Assembly: GCA_013265495.1 (NCBI GenBank)
Contig: MU058153.1
Coordinates: 372,001-436,000, forward strand
Direction: 5' to 3'
DNA length: 64,000 bases
Source of the DNA: Vicugna vicugna
Lineage: Eukaryota
The notes beneath the pieces are model-generated. The model did not search any database. It was not told the DNA's origin and saw only the letters and a program-made list of their open reading frames with translations. The position numbers and the translations under genes were made by a program. Each line of letters begins with the position of its first letter. Positions within the stretch are counted from its first letter, which is position 1. Positions 35,991 through 48,835 of this stretch are shown piece after piece.

Positions 35991-37331
35991 AAATATATAA
36001 AAATTAACTAAGCAGTAATTATTATCATATTATTAAAGATTACCCCAAGTGAAAATAAAATTAAATATGATTTATGTTTAATATGGCTCACAAGGCAGGT
36101 TAGGTTGGTGAAAAAAGCAAAAGATACACCTAATCATAGCTTCAGACATTTCCTGAACTATACAGATAAACTCTTGAAAATGCCAAGAACACTAGTAAAG
36201 GCCAAATCTCATAAGGCATATAAGCAGATGTTGAAATTAAAAAATAATGGAGCTTAAAGGGGAAAACAGGTGAAGATTTTTGGGAATAAATCTTTCAGAA
36301 TTAGAAGGAAATTCTAGTTTTTCCTTGAAACCTACAGGCTCCTTTCCACACCTCAACAAAACAGGCACACACACAGACACCCCACACAGATGCACACATG
36401 GTCGTACACAAATATTCTGTTATGGGGCTGAGGTGATTCGAAATGTTACATTTAAAAATATTTTGCTTTATGATAAGCTTGGGACGTCACATTGTTGTGC
36501 TGCCGTGAGGCACATTAATTTCATGAGGCTCATAAACTCACTCAAGTTCCACCTGCCACTGGTCATCGTCACAACACCTGTTGACTGCAGGGCCATAGCT
36601 ACGAAAAGAGAGTCCTGGTATAAATAAGAAGTATCCCAGCCAACAGGCTCTTCTTCAATATGAAATTTTCAAATATTTTTAATGTATGAATCCAGGATGT
36701 TTACATGTATTCTTATTAAATTTGATGACTTAGATTGTTTGTTTTATTAATTGAAATCTTGGTTCAGACTTCATCATATTTTATTGCCATTCAAAGCATT
36801 GTTTATTATTTTGCATGTAGTTTTTAATTCATTCCAGAATATCTTAAACAGAATGAATCAAGGACAAGACTGTAGGGTAAGTCATATGAGACCTTCTTTT
36901 GACTGACATTTACTGCCCTCCTAAGACAGCAGTTATCAAAATGTATTGTTCAAAAGCTTTACAGAATCTTGCTAATACCACAGATTCCCAGGTCAACGTC
37001 AGCCTCTCAAATTTTGAGCAAGCCTTGAAAGCACGCATTTTGAAGCAACTAAGTGATTCTGTGTAGATGGTCCTTGTGCTTAACTTTATGATTTATTCCT
37101 CAAAGGGAAGTGCTTTAGTCTTAACATGTAAATCTAATGAGGCAGACATTCTTTTTCTCTTTCACATCATCATACTCCACTGCCATGAGATTTACTACTC
37201 AAATTTTGACAAAGGTTTTCTATCTCCTCTGCTCCTTTGGGATCTTTTTGTTGTTTTTAGCTTGCTTCCTCTCTTTCTTTCAAGTCTCTGAAGTTCATAT
37301 ATCTACTGGAACCAACTAGGTGATGGAGAAG

Positions 37332-37671
37332 NNNNNNNNNNNNNNNNNNNNNNNNNNNNNNNNNNNNNNNNNNNNNNNNNNNNNNNNNNNNNNNNNNNNN
37401 NNNNNNNNNNNNNNNNNNNNNNNNNNNNNNNNNNNNNNNNNNNNNNNNNNNNNNNNNNNNNNNNNNNNNNNNNNNNNNNNNNNNNNNNNNNNNNNNNNNN
37501 NNNNNNNNNNNNNNNNNNNNNNNNNNNNNNTATGTGTNNNNNNNNNNNNNNNNNNNNNNNNNNNNNNNNNNNNNNNNNNNNNNNNNNNNNNNNNNNNNNN
37601 NNNNNNNNNNNNNNNNNNNNNNNNNNNNNNNNNNNNNNNNNNNNNNNNNNNNNNNNNNNNNNNNNNNNNNN
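37332..37671. other. Two N runs (199 and 134 N) separated by the 7-nt island tatgtgt (37531-37537)
   Basis: Direct reading. Confidence 1.
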
Positions 37672-37723
37672 TAGAGTTTCAACACATACATTTTAGGGGG
37701 GAAAGGCATGCAGCCCATAGCCA
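37672..37723 (-). mobile_element. Terminal remnant of an MLT1 LTR emerging from the gap
   Basis: tagagtttcaacatacattttaggggggaaaggcatgcagcccatagc resembles the reverse-complemented MLT1 start. Confidence 0.55.
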
Positions 37724-38305
37724 TGCTGTTCATCTTTTCCTCTCTGACTCTCTGGCATCGAGTTCCCTTTACATTTGTAGAGTCCACAATAAAGGCAGGA
37801 AGCAAGCGTGTCATGTACCAAACGTCCTCTCAGCACTTTCCGACAGAACATACCTTCCTGGTCTTGCCATCCTTTTGGACATTCAGTGGATACTCATTAT
37901 GCGTGGAATTACTTGAAAATTTTTGACATCTGCCACTATCCTAACAATTACTTCGATTTATTTCTGGACACTTTAAAAATATTTTAAGTTCAAGAAAAGT
38001 ATTTGATCTTTAATATTTCTCTCACTTTTCAGTGGTCTGCAAATCCTTGGCAGATCCCCAGCAATCATATTTATTTCACCAGGTGTGAGTTTTAATAAGA
38101 GAGTTCCTAATTAACTAAATATTAAATTGACTAAATATATACCTCAGCTGCTTCATTTAATTGAAATGTGATATTTGTTTGCATATAGGTATAGATTTTT
38201 ATAAATACAAGTATTTTATTTTTATTATTCACAAGTGTTGCCATGGCAAACTCCAAAAGCAAACGTGCCAGCAAATTAATGTCACGCATAGGTGAAGCAA
38301 TCATT

Positions 38306-38370
38306 CATATATATCTATACGTCATTCATATATATATATGTGTGTGTGTATTATATATATATATATATAT
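38306..38370. repeat. Compound (TA)n/(TG)n simple repeat
   Basis: catatatatctatac...tatatatatgtgtgtgtgtattatatatatatatatatat. Confidence 0.9.
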
Positions 38371-39421
38371 GCTGGCAGGCAAAGAAAAGTCATAGCTTAG
38401 ATCTTTGTAATACAAGAATCTGAGAACATTCAGTGTCTAGTTAAATTATTTTCTAAAAATATTTCTAACGCCAAGATTCTAGAGACCTGTTTACTGCCTA
38501 AGATGCTAGCCAGTAGGAAAGTGATTTGGGACAAATAAAAAAAGCCATTCTTGACTTTCCACATCTATGAAATAAGAGTGTTGGATTAGATAGTCTCTAA
38601 GCCCTTTTAAGCTTTCAATTCTGTGCTTTTGTAGTTTTCTGTTATGCACTGCGTGTCTATAACTGACCAGAGAAAAATCCATAGATGGATTTCTATGTAC
38701 CCAACAGAATTTACCAACCTGCCTTATACCATAAGAGAAGTAAACAGACAATATTAATCTCTCCAGAAATTTTCATGAGCTATAGAAAGGACATAAGTAA
38801 AACGCTAGGATAAGCTGCATTTTGGAGGGAGAGATAAGATATGATCTCTTTTCTACTTGGAAAAAAAAGTGTTTCAAAGGGATGCCCCGGGATACAACTG
38901 GGATTTTATTGCTGTAGGTCATATCCACAGGCTTTTGTGACCCATAGTCTTAATGGTAGGAAGCGTATTCCACGGGAGAGTGAACTCTATTCTGAAGAGT
39001 ACAGTAGCAGAAACTGGAGAGGATAAGACAGTGGTGAGAGAGAAGGCAGTTTTGACTCTACATGTGGGCTCTGAGTCTGTCTGGTTATTATGCAACATTA
39101 TGGTGACTGCAGTGTAAAGAGGGACTTTATATCTTATTTCTATTTTCTAATCAATTATTAGTAAAGTTTATTCCTGTGAGGAAGTGGAGTTGCCCAGAGG
39201 CTTGCGTAGTGTGGTTTTAGGAATGTGACCACAAGAACTACAATTGGAATTACCTTCTGTGGACCAAGGTTAGGCTTTGATTATTTCTTGCCTGGAAAAT
39301 TTACAAGTTTTTCTAACTGGTGTATCTCTGGTCTCTATGCTGGCAGAGGTAGTTTTCTGAAGCAAAGCTATGATCAGTTTAAAAGCTGCAGGTATGAGAG
39401 TCCATGACTGGGTTAACAAAT

Positions 39422-40169
39422 TGTAACAGACCCCAGCCGCTTGTCTCCTTAAAGAAGAGCAAATGTGCTTAGTAACTGCCTTGCTTGCATAGTTGAGGTT
39501 TTAGATAGCACTCTGCTCTTTGCAAAGCAACAACCCAGGCCCTTGGCTATAAACGCTGGGCGTGCCTGCTGTTAAATAGTCTTCTATCCCCAAAGCAAGG
39601 AACTGGCTGGGCTGGTGGTCTGCTTTAACATATCTATAAGAATGTATCTTGCTCCCCTCTTCCCATGACTTCCCTAAAGGTAAACTGTAGGCCCCCAAAG
39701 GAAGGAGCCTGGGGCTGGAATGGTAAACAAGTTATAAAAAGCTGCAGACTCAGAGGTGAGAAGGCTGGTTAGCCACTGACGGGTGAGACCCCCAGAAGGG
39801 GGCAACCTAAGACAGGCACAGCTGCCTTGAGTCCAAGAAGAATGTTAAGCAGCTTCTTCTCAGACTTTCCGCCCTGATAAGCTGTAAGGCTAGCTGATGT
39901 CAACGTGAACATGACTTACCAAAACATAAAGGGTCTTCTGACCTTAGCCAGACTTCTACAGTCTAGATCCCACCCTGTCTTTCCCTAAATTCCTGCATTC
40001 CATCACACAACTGTCAGTGATTTCTCCTTTGATTGTACACAATAAATGTGGGGGCGTTTGAGAGGCTCCTGGAGATGGCTCCTGACTCCCTCTCGCTCTC
40101 TTGACTTTTCCACAGAGTCTTGAGTAATTCATTCCGTTTTGGTGGGACTTCTGCTGGCCAGAACCCACA
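39422..40169 (+). mobile_element. ERV1-like LTR (about 750 bp)
   Basis: TG...CA termini (tgtaacagac...gaacccaca); repeat-free flanks; TATA-like ttataaaaa at about 39732; aataaa at 40041; 3' end cttctgctggccagaaccc is typical of ERV1 U5. No TSD found. Confidence 0.65.
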
Positions 40170-40659
40170 ACTGGTGACGAACCCACATACAGGGAAATCT
40201 CATTGTCTAAGAAAGCAGGAAGTCCACACTGGCCAAATAACACTTTCGATATTTATCTTCTACTTACTGTGGATTAATCTATTTGTGAAATTATTAAGTG
40301 CCTGGTATATTCAGGGTGGGTATAACCCAAGCTATTAACTGCAACAAAACACCTTGAATGTATTCAATGTAATTTATATTTTGTAATTTTTCTGTCTTTC
40401 CTAAGACTGCCCCTCTTTCTGAAGGTTTTTTTTCCACTTTTTACCCTCTCCACACCAGATACATACCTACTTATCTACATAGCTCAATATAAATGTAATC
40501 TATGTGTATTTGACTCAATTTCTTTGCTTCACCCAAGAATAAATAAATAGGACCTTCTAATTAATTTTATTTTTAAATTACAAGATAATAATACTTTTTT
40601 GGCAACAAAAGGAGAGGTAGCATGTGAAAGAAAAATAGACTGTCCTCCATTAATCTTTC

Positions 40660-41145
40660 CACATCATTTTTAATGTGTTTTGTTTATGAACAGCATACAT
40701 ACAGAAAAGACGTAAATTATGGGTCTGCAACTTGATGAATTTTCACAAAATAAACACCCAGAAATCGAGTCCCAGATCAAAAAAACAGTGCATTATTAGC
40801 AAACATACAGCTCCTTATTTCTTCTAAGGTCACTTCTTCCAAAGGCTAATAACTACCCTGATTTCTGTTATCTTAGATTAGTTTGGCCTCTTTTAAGCTT
40901 TTTGGAATCATATATTATTGTCCTGGGTATGGCTTCTTTTTTTCAACATTTGTGCTTGTGAGATTTTATCAGCTGCCTTGCGTATCCATCCATACATCCA
41001 CCCAAACGTGTATACATATGTATTTCTTTGGAGTCTAGACCATGGAATAGAAGTGCTAGATATACAAATGATAAATTTTAGTGGATACTGCCACTCAGCA
41101 GTGATTGAATAACTTACATTCACTACATTAGTTTTGAGTTTCCAG
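40660..41145 (-). mobile_element. L1ME-like 3' fragment
   Basis: catacatacagaaaagacgtaaattatggg...cttgatgaattttcacaaaataaacaccc...ccagatcaaaaaaacag...aactaccctgatttctg. Confidence 0.7.
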
Positions 41146-41189
41146 TTGCTAAAGGTTGGTTATACGTATTTCTCATCCTTATTGGATCA

Positions 41190-42135
41190 GTGGGCTAACA
41201 AGGACATTTTCTTCTTATGGCAAATGAAGAAATGCAAGGGAAATGGGTGGAAACATAACTTGTTCTTCCAGTCTTGGTTGAGAATTAGCATAATGTCCCT
41301 TCTGTTCACATTTTATTGGCCAGATTAAGTCACACAGCCAAGCCCAACATGAATATGTGCCTCATCTTTAGTTTATTAGTTCACAGAGTACTGCAAAATC
41401 ACTTAATATGTGGATGTAAGGAATAGTGAAAAACTGGGGAGAACAACACAGCCTATCTCAGTTTTCTCTCTTGATGACATTTATTTATATCCCTCCAATA
41501 CACAACATTTACTGATCCCCCAAGACACTCCCAAAGTCTTCTCTGACCCTGGCATTAGGCTCAGAGACCAGAATTTTATGCTGATGTTAGGTGAGTATTT
41601 CCTGTTTGCTATCTTTAGAGAGGGAAAAAATGCAAGTCAGCCTTATACATGCCTAACCCAGGGACAGAATAAACTAATAAACATTCTCATTTAGAAAAGT
41701 GATGAATAGGGAAAATATAACAATTACTGTTTCTCAGACATTCTGGAATTTCATTGGACAAATGTTGATACATTTAGCTATCCTTGGGACATAGACTGTT
41801 TTCTGATTGAGCTCTGGATCTGCTCATTGGAATGGTTTCCAAATATGTTGGTCTCCACGACTCTTGGACCCTTATTTCCCCCCATTTTTGTTGTTTATTT
41901 CTAAAGAGACATTATAGAATATATAATTCTTAGAGACCTAGATGGTTTCTTAAGCTGTTTGCTGGCTATAGAAATTTTTAGGCCAGAAAATGTTGTCTGA
42001 ACTTGAAAGTTTTTAGTCTTTTTAATGCAAACTAGGGATGTTTTTGCCAATACCACTTTTCAAAATCTTTGTGGGTTTTGTATGTATTGGAATTTAGTCA
42101 ACTCTACATGATAAAACCACATCTACAAATATTAC
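41190..42135 (-). mobile_element. MLT1J-like 3' LTR (about 41190-41460) with adjoining MaLR internal sequence (about 41461-42135)
   Basis: ttcacattttattggccagattaagtcacacagccaagcccaac; then caagacactcccaaagtc...aataaacattctcatttagaaaag...aaaatctttgtgggtttt...aaaaccacatc. Confidence 0.65.
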
Positions 42136-42189
42136 CAAAGCTTGCCTCTTTTAAAATATTCATTTATTGTTTGTTTTTATTTTTAGGGC

Positions 42190-43350
42190 CTCTGTCATCT
42201 CTGTTGGGAAGTCAACTATCAGTCTCATTCTTGCTCTTTTGATGGTAATTCATCTTTTTTTTTTCCAGCTTTGAAGATTTATTCTTTGTCTTGGATTTTT
42301 AGCATACCTGTTATGATGTGCCTATGGGTTAGCTTTTGTTTCATTTTGGTTTTTGTTTATTGTTTTTGTATCCATTTACTTTGGGGTTTTCAGAGCTTGT
42401 TGAATTTATACATTGATGTGTGTCATAATTTTTGAAAAATTCTTGGCCATTATCTCTTCAGACATTATTTCCGACCCATTCCTTCTGTACTGTCCTCCAG
42501 GGGCTCCAATTACATGCATAGTAGGTGCATTCTTAAGTTTCATGGGTCTCTAAATTTTTCTTTATTTTTATTTTATAAGTTTGGATTATGTAACGTAAAC
42601 CTAACTTTTAATTCAATTATCCTGGAACTAATTAATCATATTTCATATTAAAATATCTAATAAATTTAAAACTTTAGATATTATTCATCAGTTCTAGACT
42701 ATCCATTTAATTTTTCTTTAAGGATTAAAATTCTCTGGTGTAATTATTCATTTCTTCATCTATTTCCCATCTTTTCCTTGATTTTCTGAAACATATGGTT
42801 TTAAAGTCCTTGTCAATTAACTCCAATATCTTGGTCACCTATGAGTCTACATTTATTGCTTCTTTCTTCTCCTGGTTTTAGTCCTGCGTTTCTGTCTGTT
42901 GGTGTGCATAGTAATTTTTTTTTTTTAATTGAATGCCAGACAGTAGTCCTGAAATTGTAGAGGTTGCAGATGCTCTCAAGAGTGAGTTCACCCATTCCCA
43001 TACTAGGCAGATAGGGTGGTGATTGATTATTTTAATCAAATCTTGAGTGGTGCTGAGTCAAGTTTAGATTGAAACCCTCTTAAGACTGTGTCAACTTTGG
43101 TTTTGCTCTTGTATTTCTAGAATTTTGGCTAAGAACCTGCCATATTCTCTGGAACCCAGTCCTTTGACAGATCAGAAACTCTAACTTTTTCTCTGTTCTG
43201 TTTTTCTGCTTAGGTTGTGGCTTTCCTCCCACAACAAAGCTAGAGTTTAGCAAATATACTAAGGTGATAATTAGCCATGTGCTTCTGATCTTTTTAATAT
43301 CTGCCAAAATTCTATTATTTCTTTTTGTTACACAGCAAAAAACTTCTGGG
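42190..43350 (-). mobile_element. Old L1M ORF1/5' region fragment
   Basis: gttgggaagtcaactatcagtc...ttttgaaaaattcttggccattatctcttcagacattatttcc...ggggctccaattacatgcatag. Confidence 0.75.
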
Positions 43351-44984
43351 TTCTAACTCTTAGATCCTTGGCCTCCTACTCATAGCCAGAATCATTACAT
43401 TCCCAGGGTAAAAGTAGTTTCAGAAGGTCAGTTTCTCTTTCTGAAGTTCTTCCTCTACTGAATCTTGGTCAGTCTTTTTCATGTTGCTGCCTCTTCATCA
43501 CACTTGAAAAACAATCTCTGTATCTTGTTCAACCTTCCTTTTGTCTGTAGGTGCATGCATCAGTCTGATACCAGTGACTACATTCCATACACAAGTAGAA
43601 ATCTTTCCTTCTATAATATTTATCAAAAAACTTTTATCATATTGCGTGGCAATCTTTCTGTAGGTATCTCTTTCCTTGAAGAGATTATGAGGCTGTGAAC
43701 TTCTTGAGGTCAGAAATTGTCATTCATTGAATAGTTTAAAGTTTACATGACTCACAATATATTATACATTTTACAAGTTGGGGGATGAATTATAGCACAG
43801 ATTCCTTTGGGAATATGACGAATTATGTGAAATCTGACTAGAAAAAAAATTCACTTGAAAACAGGAACTCAGATATTTGGATACAGTTGTTGTGGGTTCA
43901 ACTACCCTTCAGTTCCATTCATGTAAACCCCTGCAAATGAAGTTAGTGACGTTCCTAGTTCCTCTTATCACACTATTAGAGCCCCATTCTTATACCACTA
44001 TGCCAAAGCATTAGGATTCTGCAACTATTATTTTTAAATGAAGTACAAGTAACTAGTAACGTAATACATTTAATGGGCATTTGTGGGTTTTGGTTGCCCA
44101 ATATTAAATTTCCCATTCTGATGTCAGTTAAATATGCTCTAGGGAAGTTTTATCCTTCTTTACTTTATAGTAAATTAAGATGTCCCGTGATACCACTGCG
44201 AAGTCAACAGCTACACTGGGGGTCTCTTCTGCTCTACTGGTCCTTTCTCCAACTAGCACTTTGAAGAGGTTGGACCTTAACCTCAGTTTTATCAGTTGGA
44301 TCCTCTTGTTGAGGACTCTGATAATTGACCTGGCCGAGGCAAGAAGGAGTTAATGGTTGGAGTTTGGTATCGGTGCCTACAAGAGATAATAGAACAGATC
44401 TTGTTACTAAGACTTTCCAGACTTTTCCAGTGGGATTTGTTTCATGGCTTCTCTTCTACATTGGAAAGTCCTCCACTGTATCTTTTCAATAAGTTCTCTT
44501 TTTTTTTCTTGTTAATTAGAGAGTCAACAAACATGCCCAGATTCACACATGAACACATATCAGTCATTAAGCTCCATCTAACCATAATCATGATTCCTCA
44601 CTATCTACTTCCCTTCCAGAGTAAACAGAAAGAATCGTGGAACACAGGAATATTTTAACTAGCAGAGCACTGAGCAGAGGATAGTCATACAGTTTACCAC
44701 ATGGGGGCAGCAGATATTACTATAAATTGAAGAGATTGCCAAATTCTGTAAACACAATTTTCCCCCAGAGGGTTAATTTTGAGGCTGACAACTTCAACAG
44801 CATCATCATTCTTCTCAGCTTTATCTTTATCATCTCCATCCTTCATATCTGAATAGGGCATAATAGTTTTTAAAGTACAATTTATTGTACATTAGCATGT
44901 TGTTTCTAATTTGTGAGCATAGAAATCGCCATTTATATAGAGGTGTTAAAACAGATTTTACAATCCAACAGCCATGTGAAGACT

Positions 44985-45155
44985 GAGTGAGTCTCTGTGA
45001 CCTTGAACATTCTTTTTCTTCAAAACTTTAGATCTTTGTTTTTGAAAAGAGGATAGTAACATAGCAGTGTTATGAAAACTAAATGAGATGGTACACATAA
45101 CTTGCTTATCACAGAGCCTACTATGTGGTAAGAACTCAGTGCTTGTTATTACTAT
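44985..45155 (+). mobile_element. MIR
   Basis: tctgtgaccttgaacattc...gaggatagtaac...aaaactaaatgagatggtacac...cagagcctactatgtggtaagaactcag. Confidence 0.7.
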
Positions 45156-46529
45156 TTTTTTATTCCTTTCATATGAAAGTTAAATAAACCAAGTCTTTCA
45201 AATTCACAAATGAGTATGTAAAAGAATAAGACTATTTATTTTAACCCTGAGTTCAGAATTCCACCACTGTTCCTCTTTGATATGCATATCAGTTAAGTGG
45301 CTATCTTTAGTGCACATGGAGAAGCAGCAGAATTACATTAAAGGATGCAATATTTTCTCTTGAGAATTATGCTGTTATTCCCTTGTGGGAAATAATATGA
45401 GAGAAATGAATCTTCATGAGGGACATTGGGCTTTACATCTTTACTCTAAAAATTCTATAAGGAAGAGACATTATTGAGTTTTGCTGAATAGATCTGGAAA
45501 TCCCTGTGAATTAAAGCAAAGCCTTCTAGAATAACTATATTCTTGGAAAGATGAGACAAGCCAGAACAGTCCCACTTTGAATGAATGGTTTTTAAAATGC
45601 TTGAGAGGCCACAAAACATAAAAGGATTTCTAAATATGAGGAGGGAAATGTGTCTAGTGCATAAAAACCATACATTCAATTTACTGTAGAGAAGAACATT
45701 TTAAAGACGCTAACCTTGTGATTTGAATTGACTTTATTTATTCATTTCAAAGAAGCCATTCAAAAAGTAATAGGCCTTTGTAATGAAAATAGAGAAACAG
45801 CACGAACAGACTGTGGGTAAGAAAAAGGGAAAGGACAGGTTCTGAGTTTGTGGAAAACAAATAATATTTTTCTAAAATTTTAGAGATAGAATTTTCGAGG
45901 TGTTAGCCTATTATTTTCCTTTAAAAGATGAGGATGTGGGTAATCAGAGAGGTTCAGTAACATTTTCAAGTCTGTACAACCAGTGAGGGGGGAAAACCAA
46001 GTCCAGACCTTCTTATTCCTACACTATTATTTTCCATTTTTCAACAGCACTCCCTCTTTCAAACTGCTTATCTGTTAAGTTTGAATACCAGCTGTAAAAA
46101 CCCAATTGCTTTTTAATAGCTCCTTCAAGGATTTAAAAAATCTTAGCATTTGTTCAGATCTGATTCCAAATATGATAGGACATGTCTCATATGTCCAGAT
46201 GTTGTGTGTTTTCAACAAATAAAAACAGTTGTAAGAGGAGATTCAGGTCTCTCTGTGAACATATGCACACTGTCTAGAAGATCACGGGTGTAGTCTAGCA
46301 AAGTATAAAGCACTTGTCCTTGGAAAATATTTAGCGCAAAGATGTAAAGACCAAAGTTTCTTGTTAAGATCCATTTCTCTCACATTATTTCCCACGTGGG
46401 AATAATAGCATGATTCTCATGGGAAAACATTCCATCCTTCAAAATAATTTTGCTGCTGCCCGCCATGCACTAAAGATGGCCAATTGATTGATATGCATAA
46501 TTGCATCATTTGACCAACACATGTCTAGA

Positions 46530-46825
46530 TTTCTCTATTTATTCATGTCTCTGCTCAGATACCTCTTCTACCGTCTGGTTCCCCCCACCACATCCACCAT
46601 TCTCTATCCCATGGCCTGCTTTGTATTCTGTATACTTACTACTATATGAAAGAGTATCTTATTTTTCCAGATTACGCATGTTTACCTGTCCTCCTCTAAG
46701 GAGTAAAATGCTTCATGATGGAAGAAAATTTCTGTGACTTTTTCATCACCATATTCCCTGTACCAAAATATGTCTTTTACATGGTAGGGGGTGCAACAAT
46801 ATTCCTTGCAAGAATAAATTAATCA
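46530..46825 (+). mobile_element. L2 3' fragment
   Basis: tctctgctcagatacctcttct...tttacctgtcctcctctaaggagtaaaatgcttcatgatgg...catcaccatattccctgtacc...gaataaattaat. Confidence 0.6.
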
Positions 46826-47099
46826 ATACATGTTTGAGGTACCTGCAGCTCATCCTTCCAGTTTCCTTCTGAGATATTTAATTGATAATCTCTACCTTTT
46901 TAGAGCATCAACTGACTTAAAGGGAGGAGCCTGATTCATAGTTGCCCAAGAAGAAATTCCTCCCCATAGCACTATTATATATTTTGAGAGGAAACTGAGA
47001 AAGCAGTTGATTTAACTATCTCCTGTAATCTCCCTGATTACATAATTGCCAGCGCTGGGCTTTTCATTCTGTTGAATAGATTCTCTTTGTAACATCACC

Positions 47100-47335
47100 A
47101 CCCCAGCTGCTACAACCTAGAACATTCTACCACAATCTCTTACCTAGATTATTTTGGATGTCTCCCAACGGGTGTGTTTGCTTTCACCCTTGACCTCCCC
47201 CATAGTTTACTTTCTATATAGTAGCAGTAAACATAAGTCATACTCTGCACCTTTTTTATTCAAACCAGTACTTTCCCATGGCACCAAAAGTCATTTCCAA
47301 CTCGTGGCTTATAAGGCCCTACTTTGTCTGAGATC
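47100..47335 (+). mobile_element. L2 internal fragment
   Basis: atctcttacctagattattttggatgtctcccaacggg...cttataaggccctactttgtctg. Confidence 0.55.
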
Positions 47336-47579
47336 AAATTGAGGCAGGGAGAGAACTTGAGTCTAAATCCTCCTCTGGTTCTGCCCACCTTACTGTGGCA
47401 CATTTTAAAACTTTCTGAGTCTCATTTATCTCGACAGAAGAACTGATATAAATATATATAAATATATACACACTAAAGACAGAACTGCATTGGAGCGTAG
47501 GGCTTGAGATTCTCAGGCCCTGTGGTCACTCAGTTTTCATCAAGAATCTTCGCTGTAAATTCACTGACTGGATTTCTCG

Positions 47580-47739
47580 NNNNNNNNNNNNNNNNNNNNN
47601 NNNNNNNNNNNNNNNNNNNNNNNNNNNNNNNNNNNNNNNNNNNNNNNNNNNNNNNNNNNNNNNNNNNNNNNNNNNNNNNNNNNNNNNNNNNNNNNNNNNN
47701 NNNNNNNNNNNNNNNNNNNNNNNNNNNNNNNNNNNNNNN
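47580..47739. other. Assembly gap (160 N)
   Basis: N run. Confidence 1.
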
Positions 47740-48324
47740 CTTGACAGGGTGCATAGTCCCTGGAACTTAGTGAAGGTTCCTTCCAGGTCTGCTCCTTTTG
47801 GCCCCTCTTTCTCCATGCCGCCCACTCACCCTGCCTAGATGATATCTTGCAGAATTTCCTTGCTATCAGGAAGAACCCAGCTGAGACCCATGAGGTTCTC
47901 ACCACAAGGTAATTGCTGTGTCTGTGTCTGTGCTTGTTTGTAAGCTTGGCTCGTTACAATCTGTAGACCTGTTTTTCAGCAGATGTTTGACATCATTTGT
48001 CTCCCAGCACAGACGGTCTCCACCTTGATTTGCGGTGAGACGCAGATTAGGGCTGGGAAGTACCATCCATACGAGTGCTGCACGAAGTGGTTTACCGCAG
48101 CCTCCTGCTGCTCCTGAAGGATGACTCACATCCCTGCGCTGTGTGGGAGGGAACATGACAGTTTAATTTAAATACCTCTGCTGATGCACTCAGTTCTGAA
48201 AGACACATTCTCTGCTCTGCACTCATGTTCCTGAGCTGTCACTCTACCTGCGAGTCTCAGTTGCAGTCTGACAGAGAGGGGAGGAGATGGCCTGTGTTCT
48301 AAGTCAACATGCTGTGTCACCAGG

Positions 48325-48510
48325 AGTGGTTACGAGCTTGGCTCTGGAAGCAGTCTGCCTGAGTCTGATGCTGACTCTGCAGCCCTTCAGCCGCGTGGTC
48401 ATGGACAACTGACTTACTCTTTAAGAACCTCAATTTCCTCATCTGTAAAGTCGGGATGACCCAGAGCACGACCCATCTGCTTGAGTCATTGTGAGGAATT
48501 AAACACTTAG
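48325..48510 (+). mobile_element. MIR
   Basis: gtggttacgagcttggctctggaagcagtctgcctgagtc...aacctcaatttcctcatctgtaaagtcggg...gtgaggaattaaa. Confidence 0.85.
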
Positions 48511-48835
48511 AACCCTTCTTAGAATATAGTCCGCTTTAATAATAAGTACAGATGATTGTTACCAGGCATAGGATCAGGTTTAAGAGGAGCAGTGGCTCAA
48601 AAAGTCATCACAAAAGGCCGCTTAAGGAAGCTGGAATGCCCTAATGAAAACAAACATGAACTATATCTAGTGCAGAGCAAGGTGGAATCAGAAACCACCT
48701 TGTTTTCTGTGTACAGAAGCAAACACCATGGGCTATTGAGGAAGAAATAATTCATTGGAGATTGAGGATGGAAGTGAGGAATGTTTTATAGAGGAGGATC
48801 TGATTTAATTTTATCTGGAAACTAAGTCATATTTT

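Noticed and set aside
36619-36626. TATAAATA TATA box
   Set aside because: No CpG island, initiator-linked exon or downstream donor; the motif is frequent in AT-rich DNA
37257-37916. 185-aa and 198-aa ORFs, and similar ones at 32544, 33611, 47504 and 57519
   Set aside because: Open only because they run through N gaps
8307-40169. Plus-strand orientation of most younger LTRs as evidence for a minus-strand host gene
   Set aside because: Several MLT1 and L1 copies are on the minus strand; too few and too mixed to infer bias
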